A stretch of 41,470 nt of DNA from a virus (IMGVR_UViG_3300048850_000153:1-41470); one strand, 5' to 3'. Positions 7,436 through 17,237 are shown, counted from the first letter of the stretch. Numbers and translations: made by a program. The notes: a model not told the origin generated them from the sequence alone.

Positions 7436-10400
7436 GCAATTACCTCCTGTTTTACGCGCGCGGCATTCCAGCCATCCGTCACGATTTCCATGCCGTCGGC
7501 CAGACGCTTGGTGTTTTGCTGCGTCTGGTTAAGCGCCGTCTGCAGGTCGCCGATGACCGCCTCCTGCCGCGCGACCGTCTCGGTGAGCCGCTCAACGGCC
7601 GCCGCCAGCACCTCGTTGCCCTGCTCCGGGCTGGCCAGGCGGCGCATCAGCTCGCGGTTGTCAGCCGCTGGGATGATGCGTTCGCCCTGGTGGACCATCG
7701 CAGGCATGTCGACCGGGATGTAGTTCGCTCCGACGGCGAAGCCTCGAAGCTTCTTCTTCTCTTCGCTGTTCTCGAACGTGTCCTTGATCGCACCCAGGCT
7801 GATACCGTTTTTGACCTGTCCCATCCAGTAGTCCAGGCCGGCCGCGTCAGCCGTGCGGCCGAACACGTCCTTGTAGAGCTTCTGGAGCTGCGCCTCGGGC
7901 GAGTTCTTGATCGAGTCCACAATGGCACCCGTCGAGATCCCGCCAGCGGCCCGGTCCGTCCAGTAGTCGAGCCCGGCCTGGTCCGGCGCCCGGCCCAGCG
8001 CCGACTTGTAGGCGTCGCTGATTGCCGAGGTGGCCGAATTGACCGGGTTCGCGCGGGCGGCGAGCATCGCGCCGTGCAGCGCCTGGATGGCCTGCTCGAT
8101 CGATAGCCCGATGGTGGAAATCCCCTTCAGGACGTCGATCTGCTCCTGCTCGCGCTCGAGCATCAGGTCGTACTGCTTGACCTGGTCCTCTAGTCGCTGG
8201 AGGCTGCGCTCCTCGACCGACAGCGCATCGTCGGTCAGGCCGGCCAGATCCTCGATACCGATCCGGGTAGCGTAGAAGTCGCGCAGGTAGTCCTCCTGCG
8301 TGGCGAACAGCGCGGACGAATCCTTGCTGACCACCGAAAGCGCGCTGCGCAGGTCCTCGGCGCTCGGCAACTTGCCCGAGGCCTTGGCGATCGCCAGCGC
8401 CGCCTGGATCTGCGCCTGGGCCGCCTGGCGGTCTTCGGCCTCGCGGCCGGATACCGTCATGCCGTCCAGGGTGGACCGCAGCGACTGCGACAGTGCTTCG
8501 ATCTTTTGGATCGAGGCCGTGCGCACCAAGATTTCCTCCTGCAGCGCCTTTTTCTGGCGGTCGACCACGCGCTGCAGCACCGAGAAGGCTGCGTCGACGC
8601 CCGAGATCAAGCTGGCGGCCTGCTCGAGTGCAGCCTGGCGCGCCGCCTCCGCCGCGCGCTTCGCCGCTTCCTCTGCCTCCTTCGCCGCCTCGGCCGCCTG
8701 CCGGGCAGTCTCCGCCGCCGCATCGCCCACCGATTTCAGGTAGTCGGACACGGTTTTGAACTGCGGACCCAGAGCCAGCAGGCCGGCGTACTGCTTGGCG
8801 CCCTGCTCCGTGGCCAGCGCGCCGGACGACACCAGCTGCTGCACCGCTTCCTTGTACTGGTCGGCGGTGGTCAGGCTGGCGTAGCCCAGGGCCGCCAGCC
8901 CTTCCTGCAGCGGTTTCTGGATGATCGCCACCCGTTCGGCTTCGGTCAGGAAGTTGTCGTTAAAGAACGTGGTCTGCGTCGCCAGTGCGTCGATGCCGCC
9001 GGCGAACGCCAGCAGCCGCTCACGCACCTCGATCGATGCAGCACCGACCGCCCGGAATGCAACCTCCGAGCTGGTGCCCATCGCCACCAGGATCTGGTCG
9101 ACGGCACTGAAATTGACCGCTAGGCGCTCGAGCGTGGCCGAGGCCTGCTCGCCCTGAACCTGGAACTTGCCGATCTCGGGCAGCAGCTCGGCCGCGACCG
9201 TGTTGGCCACGCCAGCGAAGAACTCGGTGATCGCCGCCTTGTTGGCTGCCTCATCCTTGCCGAGCGCGATCTTGATGGCCTGCGATCGGGTCGCGATGCT
9301 GTCAGCGTTGATGCCCAGCACGCGGGCGAAGTCGGCGGACGATGCCTTGATCGCGTCATAGGCAGAAGTCAGGCCCGCAGCGAGTTCGTCACCGACCGGG
9401 TTGCGATCCGTGCCCCGCTTGTCGCTGCGGAACCAACCGCCCTTCTTCACCCATTCGGCATCCAGCGTGCCCGAGAACCCGCTGGCACCGAGGGAGCCGT
9501 TGAGCGTCTGGGTGTCGCCATACTCCTTCGGACCACGACCGAACGCCTTGTCGATCAGCTTTGCGGCACCGGCAATGCCGAGTGCAATCGGACCGAGCGA
9601 GCCAGCGAGAAGGCCCGCGCCGGCTGCAATGCTCGCCCCGGTGCCCGCGCCGATTGCTGCAATACCGCCGGAAACAGCCGCACCGATGCCAGCAACCCCG
9701 CCGGACACAAGCGCACCGAATCCAGCCTGTAGCCCGAGCCCGCCCGCGCCCAGCAAGCCGACGCCCGACGTCAATGAGCCAAGCGCGCCAAGGCCGCTGA
9801 CCGCACTGCCGACGCCAGCTGCGCCGCCACCAGCGGCCGCCTGCGCAGGGGCTGCCAGGCCGAGCGCGCCAGTGAGAGCACCGGCCACCGGGTTGACCAC
9901 CGCCGAGATGATCGGCCGCAGCACCAGCGTGCTGAACATGTTCCTCATGGTCTCGACGAAGTTCTTGCCGAACCCATTGCCGCTCTCGAATCCGCGCAGC
10001 AGCGCATCGGTGAGCGACTGCTCGATCGAGTCGGAGGCGCGCTTCCATTCTTCCGCCGCCTTCTTCGCCGCGTCGACCTGCTCCATAGCCGACACGGCCG
10101 CGGCGTTGCGCTTCTTCGCGTCGATCAGCTTCTCGAGGTATTCGATCTCGTCGAGCGTCAGGCCCAGGGTCAACCGCTGCGCCAACTGCTCTTCGAGGCG
10201 TGCCAGCTCCAGCTCCTCAACCGCCGACTTGGTCATGCCATAGGTGCGCGCCAACTCCTCGTTGCGCGCGGCCTCGTCCTGGGCTTCCTGCACGCGCTTG
10301 GCGTACACGCCGCTGGTCGCCTCCAGGCCTTTGGAATAGCCGTCTTGGAATTCCGCGAGCGCCTTCAGCGCCGCCGCCTCCTGTTCCGCTGCGGCCTTCA

Positions 10401-11976
10401 TGGCCGGCTGCTTTGCCAATAGGTCTGCTTGGGCCTTGGTGAGCTGGTCGAGCGAGATGGCACCCTTCCCATACAGGGTGCTCAGCATCTTCCAGTCATC
10501 GGAGAAGGATGCCGACAGGCCCGCCAGCTCGGCCAGCGCCGCGGCTTCGCGCCGGTACTGCGCTTCACGCTGTTTCGCAGCCGCCTCACTCTCGCGCTCG
10601 GCTTCACGCTGAATTCGGTATTGAGCCAGGACGTCGGTTGCACCCGGTTTGTCCGGCGCCGCTGCTGCAGCCTTGCGCGCCTTCTCGGCCGCGCCGAGGA
10701 TGGCAGCCGACTGCGCGTCGACCTCGGCGCGATCGCGCGCCATATCGGCAACCATTAGGCGCCTGATCTCCTTCACCTGGTCCCAGTTGCCCTGCGCGAG
10801 CGCGGTTGCCTGCGCCGCCGCGCCGCCGATGCCCATGCCGATCTGCTTGAACACGTAGGCCACATTCAGGCCGGTAACAGTCAGCGCTTCGAAGATCGTC
10901 GTCAGGGTAATGTGAATGCCAGAGGCGACGCTGAGCGCCCCCTGCTGCCGATTGGCTGCTTCCGAAACGGCGTCGAGCATATGCTGCAGGTCTTCGAGTG
11001 CAGCAGAAAATCCGGTGAGCCCTTCCTGCGCTGCCTGGCCAATACCGCCCTGGGAGATCGTGCGCATGGTGGCGGCCCAAGTGTCGCCGAAGTTGCTGAC
11101 GGCGCCGTCGAGGGTTGAAGCGCGTTCAGCCATGGCCGACGCGAAGTCGACCTCGCCCAGGCGCATCAGGTACTTCTCAATCTCGGTCGCGCTGTTGACG
11201 ATCGTGGTCGTCGTTCCCTTGAAGGTCAGCGATACCTTGCCGTTTTCCTGGCTGGCCTTGATGCCGAATTCCTTGAGTCGCTCGAATTCACCTGTCGCGG
11301 CGTCAGCGACTGCCTCGATCATCTGATCGAGATCCTTGCCCATGGCAGCCGCCGTATTGCCGTAAGACCGTAAGGCGCGCTCGGACGGATCAAGGCCCAT
11401 GTTGCGGAGCTTCACGAAACCCTCGACAGCCTGTTGCATGCTGTAGGGCGTGGACGAGGCGAAGCGCTCGAGGGCGGAAAAGGCTTCGTTCGCCGCCTCG
11501 ACCGAACCGACGGCCGTTTTCAACGAGGCAAACAGCTTGTCGAACTCCCGCTGCGCGGAAACGACTTGCTGCAGGAACCCTGCGATGGAAAGGCTGGCCA
11601 GGGCTGAGCCGAGAGCCCCTTTGATTGCCGCGCCCGCATCTTCGGCCGAACTGCCGGCCTGCCGCTGAGCTTCCTCCAATTCGCGCAGCTGGCGGAGATA
11701 CGGCTCGAGCACTGCCGGATCAACACCGCGCCGCCGAGCGAGGATCTCGTAGTATTGCGAACCTGCGCGCGAGCCGGCTTGCATCTGGATGGTCGTGCGC
11801 TCGATGGCGCGAATCAGCGACTGCTGCGCGCGCGCCGACGACTGTGAGCCGCCGCCAATACCCGCAATCGCACGCTCGGCGTTCTGTGCCGCGTCGATTG
11901 CCGGCCGCAGCCCAGCCTCCACCCCCGACGCATCGGCGGTGACCATGATTGTTGCATTGTTGACTATATCGGTCAT
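7432..11976 (-). CDS. Tail tape measure protein with C-terminal DUF4214-like repeats
   Basis: About 1514 aa, Ala/Gly-rich and helical. Tape-measure motif (FASSTPYS...GEFERLKEFGIKA) and C-terminal GFAVG...VHQGERIIPA. Start at ATG 11976. Confidence 0.93.
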   Translation of the reverse strand: MTDIVNNATIMVTADASGVEAGLRPAIDAAQNAERAIAGIGGGSQSSARAQQSLIRAIERTTIQMQAGSRAGSQYYEILARRRGVDPAVLEPYLRQLRELEEAQRQAGSSAEDAGAAIKGALGSALASLSIAGFLQQVVSAQREFDKLFASLKTAVGSVEAANEAFSALERFASSTPYSMQQAVEGFVKLRNMGLDPSERALRSYGNTAAAMGKDLDQMIEAVADAATGEFERLKEFGIKASQENGKVSLTFKGTTTTIVNSATEIEKYLMRLGEVDFASAMAERASTLDGAVSNFGDTWAATMRTISQGGIGQAAQEGLTGFSAALEDLQHMLDAVSEAANRQQGALSVASGIHITLTTIFEALTVTGLNVAYVFKQIGMGIGGAAAQATALAQGNWDQVKEIRRLMVADMARDRAEVDAQSAAILGAAEKARKAAAAAPDKPGATDVLAQYRIQREAERESEAAAKQREAQYRREAAALAELAGLSASFSDDWKMLSTLYGKGAISLDQLTKAQADLLAKQPAMKAAAEQEAAALKALAEFQDGYSKGLEATSGVYAKRVQEAQDEAARNEELARTYGMTKSAVEELELARLEEQLAQRLTLGLTLDEIEYLEKLIDAKKRNAAAVSAMEQVDAAKKAAEEWKRASDSIEQSLTDALLRGFESGNGFGKNFVETMRNMFSTLVLRPIISAVVNPVAGALTGALGLAAPAQAAAGGGAAGVGSAVSGLGALGSLTSGVGLLGAGGLGLQAGFGALVSGGVAGIGAAVSGGIAAIGAGTGASIAAGAGLLAGSLGPIALGIAGAAKLIDKAFGRGPKEYGDTQTLNGSLGASGFSGTLDAEWVKKGGWFRSDKRGTDRNPVGDELAAGLTSAYDAIKASSADFARVLGINADSIATRSQAIKIALGKDEAANKAAITEFFAGVANTVAAELLPEIGKFQVQGEQASATLERLAVNFSAVDQILVAMGTSSEVAFRAVGAASIEVRERLLAFAGGIDALATQTTFFNDNFLTEAERVAIIQKPLQEGLAALGYASLTTADQYKEAVQQLVSSGALATEQGAKQYAGLLALGPQFKTVSDYLKSVGDAAAETARQAAEAAKEAEEAAKRAAEAARQAALEQAASLISGVDAAFSVLQRVVDRQKKALQEEILVRTASIQKIEALSQSLRSTLDGMTVSGREAEDRQAAQAQIQAALAIAKASGKLPSAEDLRSALSVVSKDSSALFATQEDYLRDFYATRIGIEDLAGLTDDALSVEERSLQRLEDQVKQYDLMLEREQEQIDVLKGISTIGLSIEQAIQALHGAMLAARANPVNSATSAISDAYKSALGRAPDQAGLDYWTDRAAGGISTGAIVDSIKNSPEAQLQKLYKDVFGRTADAAGLDYWMGQVKNGISLGAIKDTFENSEEKKKLRGFAVGANYIPVDMPAMVHQGERIIPAADNRELMRRLASPEQGNEVLAAAVERLTETVARQEAVIGDLQTALNQTQQNTKRLADGMEIVTDGWNAARVKQEVIA

Positions 11977-11988
11977 GCGGCGCCCAAT

Positions 11989-12012
11989 AAAAAAGCCACC
12001 CGAAGGTGGCTT
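11989..12012 (-). terminator. Intrinsic terminator after the tail moron
   Basis: AAGCCACC-TTCG-GGTGGCTT followed by a T tract. Confidence 0.85.
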
Positions 12013-12041
12013 GATCTCAAACCCGGCTGACCGGGATCTGC

Positions 12042-12341
12042 TTATTTTTTGCGGGCCAGCGTTCGCCCCAGCCATCGGCCGAAGCTCTCAGCACCCGATG
12101 GCGCGTTGTTCTGCGGCGCGGCACGGTCCCCGGCAATCGCGCGGCCCACTGGGGTGTCCACCGGGACCAGGTCCTTGCTGCCGCAGGCGCGGCACACCGA
12201 ATGGCGACGGGAGAGGCGCCAGAGCGAATAGATCAGGCCGGGAATCAGGAAGCAGAGCCAAAGCACAAGCTCAATCGCCATCGACCCCGGTGTCGATTTC
12301 GCCGGCTCGCCGACCGTCCCGCACTGCTTGCACACTTTCAT
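12042..12341 (-). CDS. Membrane-anchored zinc-ribbon (LITAF-like) moron protein
   Basis: CKQC...hydrophobic stretch...CRAC. Strong GGGAGG RBS, AT-richer upstream region and its own terminator. Confidence 0.75.
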   Translation of the reverse strand: MKVCKQCGTVGEPAKSTPGSMAIELVLWLCFLIPGLIYSLWRLSRRHSVCRACGSKDLVPVDTPVGRAIAGDRAAPQNNAPSGAESFGRWLGRTLARKK

Positions 12342-12391
12342 ACCGCCTCCCATTGTGAAGAAGCAATAGTACACCAGTGAGTTTGCAGCTA

Positions 12392-12682
12392 CTACCCGCT
12401 GTTGCGCATAGATCGCAAAGCTGCACCTTCCATCACCCGAACGTCGGCCATCAGCTGCGTCCAATCGGCGCGGGGCGCGCCAATCATGCGAATCGCGACA
12501 GGAAGTGCGGCGTAGTCGAGGCCGGTCGGCCCGGCCATGCCGATGCGCCACTGGGTATCCATCACGCAGAACAGGCTATACACCGCCCAGTTCTCCGGCC
12601 AAACCTCGCAGGACGTTGCCACCTCCTCACGGGATAGGCCCGCTACCGCCAGTTCGGCGTCACTGGGCTCGGCCTCGTACAT
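12392..12682 (-). CDS. Tail assembly chaperone T part (DUF1799-like), probably expressed by -1 frameshift
   Basis: EVWPENW...TQWR...GLDY motif. The reading frame is open back through the slippery site at 12709..12703. Confidence 0.85.
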   Translation of the reverse strand: MYEAEPSDAELAVAGLSREEVATSCEVWPENWAVYSLFCVMDTQWRIGMAGPTGLDYAALPVAIRMIGAPRADWTQLMADVRVMEGAALRSMRNSG

Positions 12683-12699
12683 GGCGGCGGCAACTTGCG

Positions 12700-13149
12700 T
12701 CAGTTTCCCAGACGGCCTTCGTCGATCGCGACGCGGTAGTCGCTGATGATCGCCTTGGCGCCCGCGGGCAGCGTGTCGACCAGTTCGGCGACGGCATCGC
12801 GGTCGAAGGCCACGTCGAGATTCCAACCTTCGACGCAGCCCATGATGAACTCGATATGCACCTCGGCCTGGCGGCTGGTGATGTTCTCCTGGGTGATCGA
12901 AAACTCCGGCGCCGGCTCGCCCGCCTCCTTGGCCTTCTCCTCGGCCGCCTTCATGCGGGCCACTTCGGCATCCGCACTGGCCTTCAGCTTGGCCTGGAAG
13001 TCATCGTAGAAGGCCGCGAACTCGGACCGGGTGCGGTACTTGTAGGTGATCTCGACGCACCCCTCGCCACCGGTCAGCATGTCGAAGGTGACGGTTTTGG
13101 TGAAGTTCTTCGGGCGCTTGCCGAGGATGATCTTGGATGCTTTTGCCAT
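12700..13149 (-). CDS. Tail assembly chaperone (lambda G analogue)
   Basis: Between tail tube and tape measure genes. VEGWNLD motif and ends RLGN at the slippery site. Confidence 0.88.
   Translation of the reverse strand: MAKASKIILGKRPKNFTKTVTFDMLTGGEGCVEITYKYRTRSEFAAFYDDFQAKLKASADAEVARMKAAEEKAKEAGEPAPEFSITQENITSRQAEVHIEFIMGCVEGWNLDVAFDRDAVAELVDTLPAGAKAIISDYRVAIDEGRLGN
12703..12709 (-). other. Programmed -1 frameshift site G GGA AAC
   Basis: CTG GGA AAC TGA ends the chaperone. The -1 frame continues KLTQVAAAMYE into the DUF1799 ORF. Analogous to lambda G/T GGGAAAG. Confidence 0.88.
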
Positions 13150-13169
13150 GATTTTCTTTCGAGAGGGGT

Positions 13170-13200
13170 AAAAAAGACCCGCGAGGCGCTACCCCGCGGG
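13170..13200 (-). terminator. Terminator-like hairpin after the tail tube gene
   Basis: CCCGCG stem (loop GGGTAGCGCCT) closed by CGCGGG, then TCTTTTTT. Confidence 0.65.
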
Positions 13201-13245
13201 CTGGGAAGGCCAACGCCGACCATTCGGCGCCGGCTGGCAACGGGT

Positions 13246-13878
13246 TTAGTAGCGGACGACCTTGTTCTGCAGCGAGAACACGGCGCGCACAGCCATGACG
13301 CTGCCCTTGGCCAGGCTTGGCGACTCGTTGAACGAGCAGTAACCGGCATACAGCAGCACGCCGCCCCCCGGCAGGATGCCGCGCAGGCAGGTCAGCTTCA
13401 CGCCGTCCGAGACCAGCTTCAGGGCAGCGTGGTGCTGCAGCGACTTGTCGTCGGCGATGGTCACGGTGACAGTGGTCGCCGTGAAGCCGTCGGGCAGCAT
13501 GACCGGCATGTCGCTGTCCAGGAGCGGCACCTCGACGGTCTTGCCGTCGCCGCCCGAGACCTCGGCGCTGACCACGCCGGTGATCGGAACCCAGGTGGTC
13601 ACCTTGCGCACGGTGCCGACGCCGGCGCCGGCCGGGAACAGGCTGGTGTCGGTGGTGTCCAGGCCTTCGAGGGTGAAGGTGGTGCCGGTAGCCAGCTTGA
13701 CGCGGAACACGCGGCCATTGGCCTTGCTCCAGCCGCCGGTGTACTCGACGAAGTCGCCAACGGCGAAGGTGTTGGTTGCCGAGGCCACAGCCTCGGCCGC
13801 GTTGGTGATCGCGGTGATGCTGACAGCGGTGGCGAACGCGGTCGCCACTGCGAACGCGATGTTGTTGGGCAGTTGCAT
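13246..13878 (-). CDS. Major tail tube protein
   Basis: MQLPN start, ITAITNAAEAVA and LEGLDTTDT..FPAGAG.G motifs, follows the tail terminator gene. Confidence 0.88.
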   Translation of the reverse strand: MQLPNNIAFAVATAFATAVSITAITNAAEAVASATNTFAVGDFVEYTGGWSKANGRVFRVKLATGTTFTLEGLDTTDTSLFPAGAGVGTVRKVTTWVPITGVVSAEVSGGDGKTVEVPLLDSDMPVMLPDGFTATTVTVTIADDKSLQHHAALKLVSDGVKLTCLRGILPGGGVLLYAGYCSFNESPSLAKGSVMAVRAVFSLQNKVVRY

Positions 13879-13913
13879 ATCGGCCTTTCAGGTAAGAAGC
13901 CCGGAAGCCGGGC

Positions 13914-13949
13914 AAAGAAAAGCCGCTCCAGATTTCTCGGGAGCGGCTT
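13914..13949 (-). terminator. Terminator-like hairpin upstream of the tail tube gene
   Basis: AAGCCGCTCC-10 nt-GGAGCGGCTT followed by TTCTTT. Confidence 0.7.
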
Positions 13950-13968
13950 GGTATGAAACTGGGGTGGG

Positions 13969-14322
13969 TCAGCAGAAGATCTGGAAGTCCTGCATCGTCC
14001 CGCGGAGGTCGGTCTCTTCGTCATAGGTGGCGACCCGACCGGTCAGCACCTCGGTTTGCAGCGCATCGCCAGCGGAGCGCAGGGCATCCTCGACCAGCAT
14101 GCCGAGCTCCGACGCCTCGATGCGGTGCACGGCCCAGCAGTTGACCTGCATACGGTGCGGCTGCTTCGCCGGCTTCTCACCAGTGAGAAGGTTGATCGGC
14201 GCGCCGCCCACCGCCTGGTAGGTGATGAACGGACGTTCGGTGTTCAGCGGCGCCACATCGGGGAAGACGCGACCACCGGCCAGGTGCTGCAGCACGGCGT
14301 CGATATGGTCTTCAGGGGTCAT
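13969..14322 (-). CDS. Tail terminator / completion protein (DUF3168-like)
   Basis: GRVFPDVAP...PFITYQ.VGG...MQVNCWA motif and synteny. Confidence 0.85.
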   Translation of the reverse strand: MTPEDHIDAVLQHLAGGRVFPDVAPLNTERPFITYQAVGGAPINLLTGEKPAKQPHRMQVNCWAVHRIEASELGMLVEDALRSAGDALQTEVLTGRVATYDEETDLRGTMQDFQIFC

Positions 14323-14834
14323 CGGGTATTCCTCGCGATCTGTTCGGCCAAGGTGCGCGTCATGACGTCGACGGCCTCCTTCTTCTTGCTTTCGTACGCT
14401 GGGCGCATGAACGGGTACGCCGGCGCGGTGGCGGTGCCGTATTCGAGCTCGGCGGCGCGCCGGTGCGCTTTCCAGCCGATTGTGCGGCCGGTCTTCTTGC
14501 TAACCTTCTTGTTGCGCGGCACGAACTTGTGTCCGTACTCGACGAAGCGCCAGTAGAACGCGCCCGGCCGGCCGCCGCCGCCGTTGCGCACGGTGACGAG
14601 GTAGACCTGCCGCTTGCCGCCGTCCGAATCCTCCTCGAGGCGCTTCGTAATGATGCTGTCGTACAGCAGGCCGGTCTGGCGGTGCTTCAGCGAGTTCTGC
14701 CTGGCCTGGTCTCGGAAGATCTCGGCGCCGGCGAAGCCGACAGTACGCAAGACGCTCTCGCTGACGCTGTCCTCGACGCGCGACACCATTTCGGTCAACG
14801 CTGCCCGCAGCTGCGAGCCATCGAACTCGATCAC
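14319..14834 (-). CDS. HK97 gp10-like neck/tail protein
   Basis: TGLL..SI, FYWRFVEYG and PAYPFMRPA motifs. GTG start overlapping the upstream stop (GTGA). Confidence 0.88.
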   Translation of the reverse strand: MIEFDGSQLRAALTEMVSRVEDSVSESVLRTVGFAGAEIFRDQARQNSLKHRQTGLLYDSIITKRLEEDSDGGKRQVYLVTVRNGGGGRPGAFYWRFVEYGHKFVPRNKKVSKKTGRTIGWKAHRRAAELEYGTATAPAYPFMRPAYESKKKEAVDVMTRTLAEQIARNTR

Positions 14835-15133
14835 GACACCCCCTTGCAGACCAAGAACACGAACCGCGGATCGCGGCCGTCTGGCAGCGCCGATTCGATG
14901 TCGTAGGCCTTGCCCTTGAACTGAACGCGCCAGGAGGTATCGAGGCCGGCGCGCACGCGGATCCGGATCGAGCACTTGACGATCGAGACCTCGCCGCCGG
15001 CGCGCACCACCTCGGCGCCGCTCGGAAACAGCACGTGGGCCCAGACCGTCGCGACGTCCGCCCAGGCGTCCGGCGCGCGGAGCTTCCCGGCGCCAGGGCC
15101 GGGCTGCTGCAGCGTGATTCGGTCGTTCATCAT
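14831..15133 (-). CDS. Head closure / head-tail adaptor (SPP1 gp16-like)
   Basis: RITLQQ...W.DVATVWA...IRIR...YDIESALPD motif and synteny. Confidence 0.88.
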   Translation of the reverse strand: MMNDRITLQQPGPGAGKLRAPDAWADVATVWAHVLFPSGAEVVRAGGEVSIVKCSIRIRVRAGLDTSWRVQFKGKAYDIESALPDGRDPRFVFLVCKGVS

Positions 15134-15675
15134 GCGAACACCCGCAGCTCGTCGAGCAACTTGCCCAGGAACTCGTTCTTGGGCGTGCCGACCGGTGCGA
15201 AGTGCTCCGAGACCCGCCCCAGGATGTAGCCCTTGGCGTTCGCCGGCACGGCTGCGTCGTCGGCGCCGTAGCCGCAGGTGTAGACCACCTCGACGGCGTT
15301 CACGCGCGCCTGTGTCGCCGGCCAGGCCGCGCCTGGCGCCGGCACGACGAAGCCCGGCTCGCTCTCGGCGTCCACCAAGTAGTCTTGCGGGTCGAGCGCG
15401 CGCTGCACGCCGGCCTCGTCGAAGAACTTCACGTGCACCACGGTGAGAATCGGCGGCTTGTCCAGCCGGATCGCCGCCGGGAAGGCGTCGAGCGTTAGCC
15501 GGTAGGTCTGCTCCACAAACGCGCGGCCGGTTTCGTGCTCGGCCTCGCGGGTGTACTGCTCGATGACCTGGCGCAGCTCGGCGTCGTGCTCCTCACCATC
15601 CACTCGGGCGGACGTGCGCGCAGCATCGAGCGACACCGCCAGCGCCGCCGGCGGAGTGATCAGTTTCAGGCTCAT
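15130..15675 (-). CDS. Head-tail connector protein
   Basis: PAALAVSL, AEHETGRAF..QT..LTLDAFP and YTCGYG....VP motifs. Confidence 0.88.
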   Translation of the reverse strand: MSLKLITPPAALAVSLDAARTSARVDGEEHDAELRQVIEQYTREAEHETGRAFVEQTYRLTLDAFPAAIRLDKPPILTVVHVKFFDEAGVQRALDPQDYLVDAESEPGFVVPAPGAAWPATQARVNAVEVVYTCGYGADDAAVPANAKGYILGRVSEHFAPVGTPKNEFLGKLLDELRVFA

Positions 15676-16859
15676 CGGGTCGTTTCCTGTGTTGCTGGCG
15701 GCCGGTGGCCACCTGTTTGTGCTGGGCGCGTGCTGATTGCGGCGCGCTGCGGCGCGTAGCCGGCGCCGGCCGGTGCCCGCACGGTTCCCAGCAGGTAAAT
15801 GCGGAAGGACGCCGACAGAGCCGCATCCTCCAGCGTCGCCTCGAGGTGGGCGGACGTCGGCCGCGTAGCAGTGGCGGCCAGCGCCACCGGCTCGAGCGCC
15901 TGGGCCAGTGCCGCCGCGATCGGCGCCGCAGCCGTTGATTCCACGATCGCGTCATCGAGGGCCGACGCCAGCACGCCCCTCGTCGCCAAGCTGGCCGAAG
16001 CTGCGAGCGTGGCGCCGATCAGGGTTTTCGACAGCGTTCCCTCGACACCATCCTGTTGCGGTGGCTCGGCCTCGATATAGGCGGTGGACAGAAGGAAGGC
16101 CGGCGCCAGTGACTTCGCCAGGCTGGCCTTCGATGAAAGCTCAACTGATGCCGACAGCCCTACAGGATTGAGGACGCTGGCTGCGGCGCCGACAACGCTG
16201 ACCGAACCCGCCGAAATCAGCGTCGCATCCGCCAGCGCGGCACTCAGACTGGCCGACACTCCAGCCGCGTCTTCGATCGTCGTCGCACGCAACTCGTCGA
16301 TTCGGATCTGATTGGCATTCGCGCTTGCCATGCGAAGGCCGACATAGCCAGGTCCGGCGATGTTGTTATCGACGAAGGGCCCCAGCACCAGGGCATCATC
16401 GATCAGCATGCTGATCTGGTTGCCCTTCATCCGGAGCGTGACCTTCGGCTCAGCGCCCGCCGGGTAGTTCACCGCTGTCGACCCGAGCGTCACGCTTGTG
16501 CCATTCGCGAACCGCGCTACCACCAGGCCAGAGCCATTATTCACCAAGCGGGCCTGGTAGAAAGTGAGCGCCGCCGCGCCAGGACCAGCCATCCGGCCGC
16601 ATATGCCCACCGAAGGAGACCCGGCGCCGGTCACAAAGTAGTGCTTGGCGCTGACGTCATAATCAGGGCTCGGAGCGAGAGAATCGCTGTGGCAGTAGAC
16701 CGTGGTGCTGCTGTCCGTCTGAGCTACCCGCTCCCCAACTACCTGCGCCGACCCGGTCCCGCCTGGAACCGTCGACTTTACCCATTTGCTGTCGTAATTC
16801 TCGAGCAGAGTGCCAGTAGGTGCGACGAAGTCATCGGAAAGGAAGGTGACGGCGGCCAT
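15672..16859 (-). CDS. Putative virion appendage: lectin/LamG-like N-domain plus Ala-rich repeat stalk
   Basis: Beta-sandwich-like N-terminal region (SDDF...GYVGLR...IDEL) followed by repeated G/A-x-L-x-x-x-L-x-x-A-x-L units. Lies in the head gene block. Confidence 0.55.
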   Translation of the reverse strand: MAAVTFLSDDFVAPTGTLLENYDSKWVKSTVPGGTGSAQVVGERVAQTDSSTTVYCHSDSLAPSPDYDVSAKHYFVTGAGSPSVGICGRMAGPGAAALTFYQARLVNNGSGLVVARFANGTSVTLGSTAVNYPAGAEPKVTLRMKGNQISMLIDDALVLGPFVDNNIAGPGYVGLRMASANANQIRIDELRATTIEDAAGVSASLSAALADATLISAGSVSVVGAAASVLNPVGLSASVELSSKASLAKSLAPAFLLSTAYIEAEPPQQDGVEGTLSKTLIGATLAASASLATRGVLASALDDAIVESTAAAPIAAALAQALEPVALAATATRPTSAHLEATLEDAALSASFRIYLLGTVRAPAGAGYAPQRAAISTRPAQTGGHRPPATQETTR

Positions 16860-16862
16860 CGT

Positions 16863-17237
16863 TTATAGCGGGCTTTCGGCGCGGGCGGCGATGTTATCCA
16901 GCAGTGCGCCGAAGGTCTCAGCGCTGTCCAGTACGTCCTCGCCGATGTCGCGGCGAACAAGCGCAGCACGAAGCGAGGTTGTATCGACCCCGGTCAATGG
17001 GGCATCGTGCGCGAGGAAGGGAAGCGGGTCGATGCTCGGATCTTGCGCCATCGCCTCGAGCGCCTCTGGACTGGCCGTAAATACTTCGACAAGACCCCAT
17101 TTATTCAGCGGCATCCCATTGCTGTCGGACGGGCAAGACCAGCCCCAGCCTACGGGATGATTAGCCACACTGGCGCGGAAATCGTCGACGTCCGCCTCAC
17201 CGGTTCCGATCAAGTCGGCCAAGTAGTAGTGCTTCAT
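16863..17237 (-). CDS. Hypothetical protein (possible chaperone of the adjacent appendage)
   Basis: Tightly coupled 124-aa ORF in the head block. Confidence 0.65.
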   Translation of the reverse strand: MKHYYLADLIGTGEADVDDFRASVANHPVGWGWSCPSDSNGMPLNKWGLVEVFTASPEALEAMAQDPSIDPLPFLAHDAPLTGVDTTSLRAALVRRDIGEDVLDSAETFGALLDNIAARAESPL

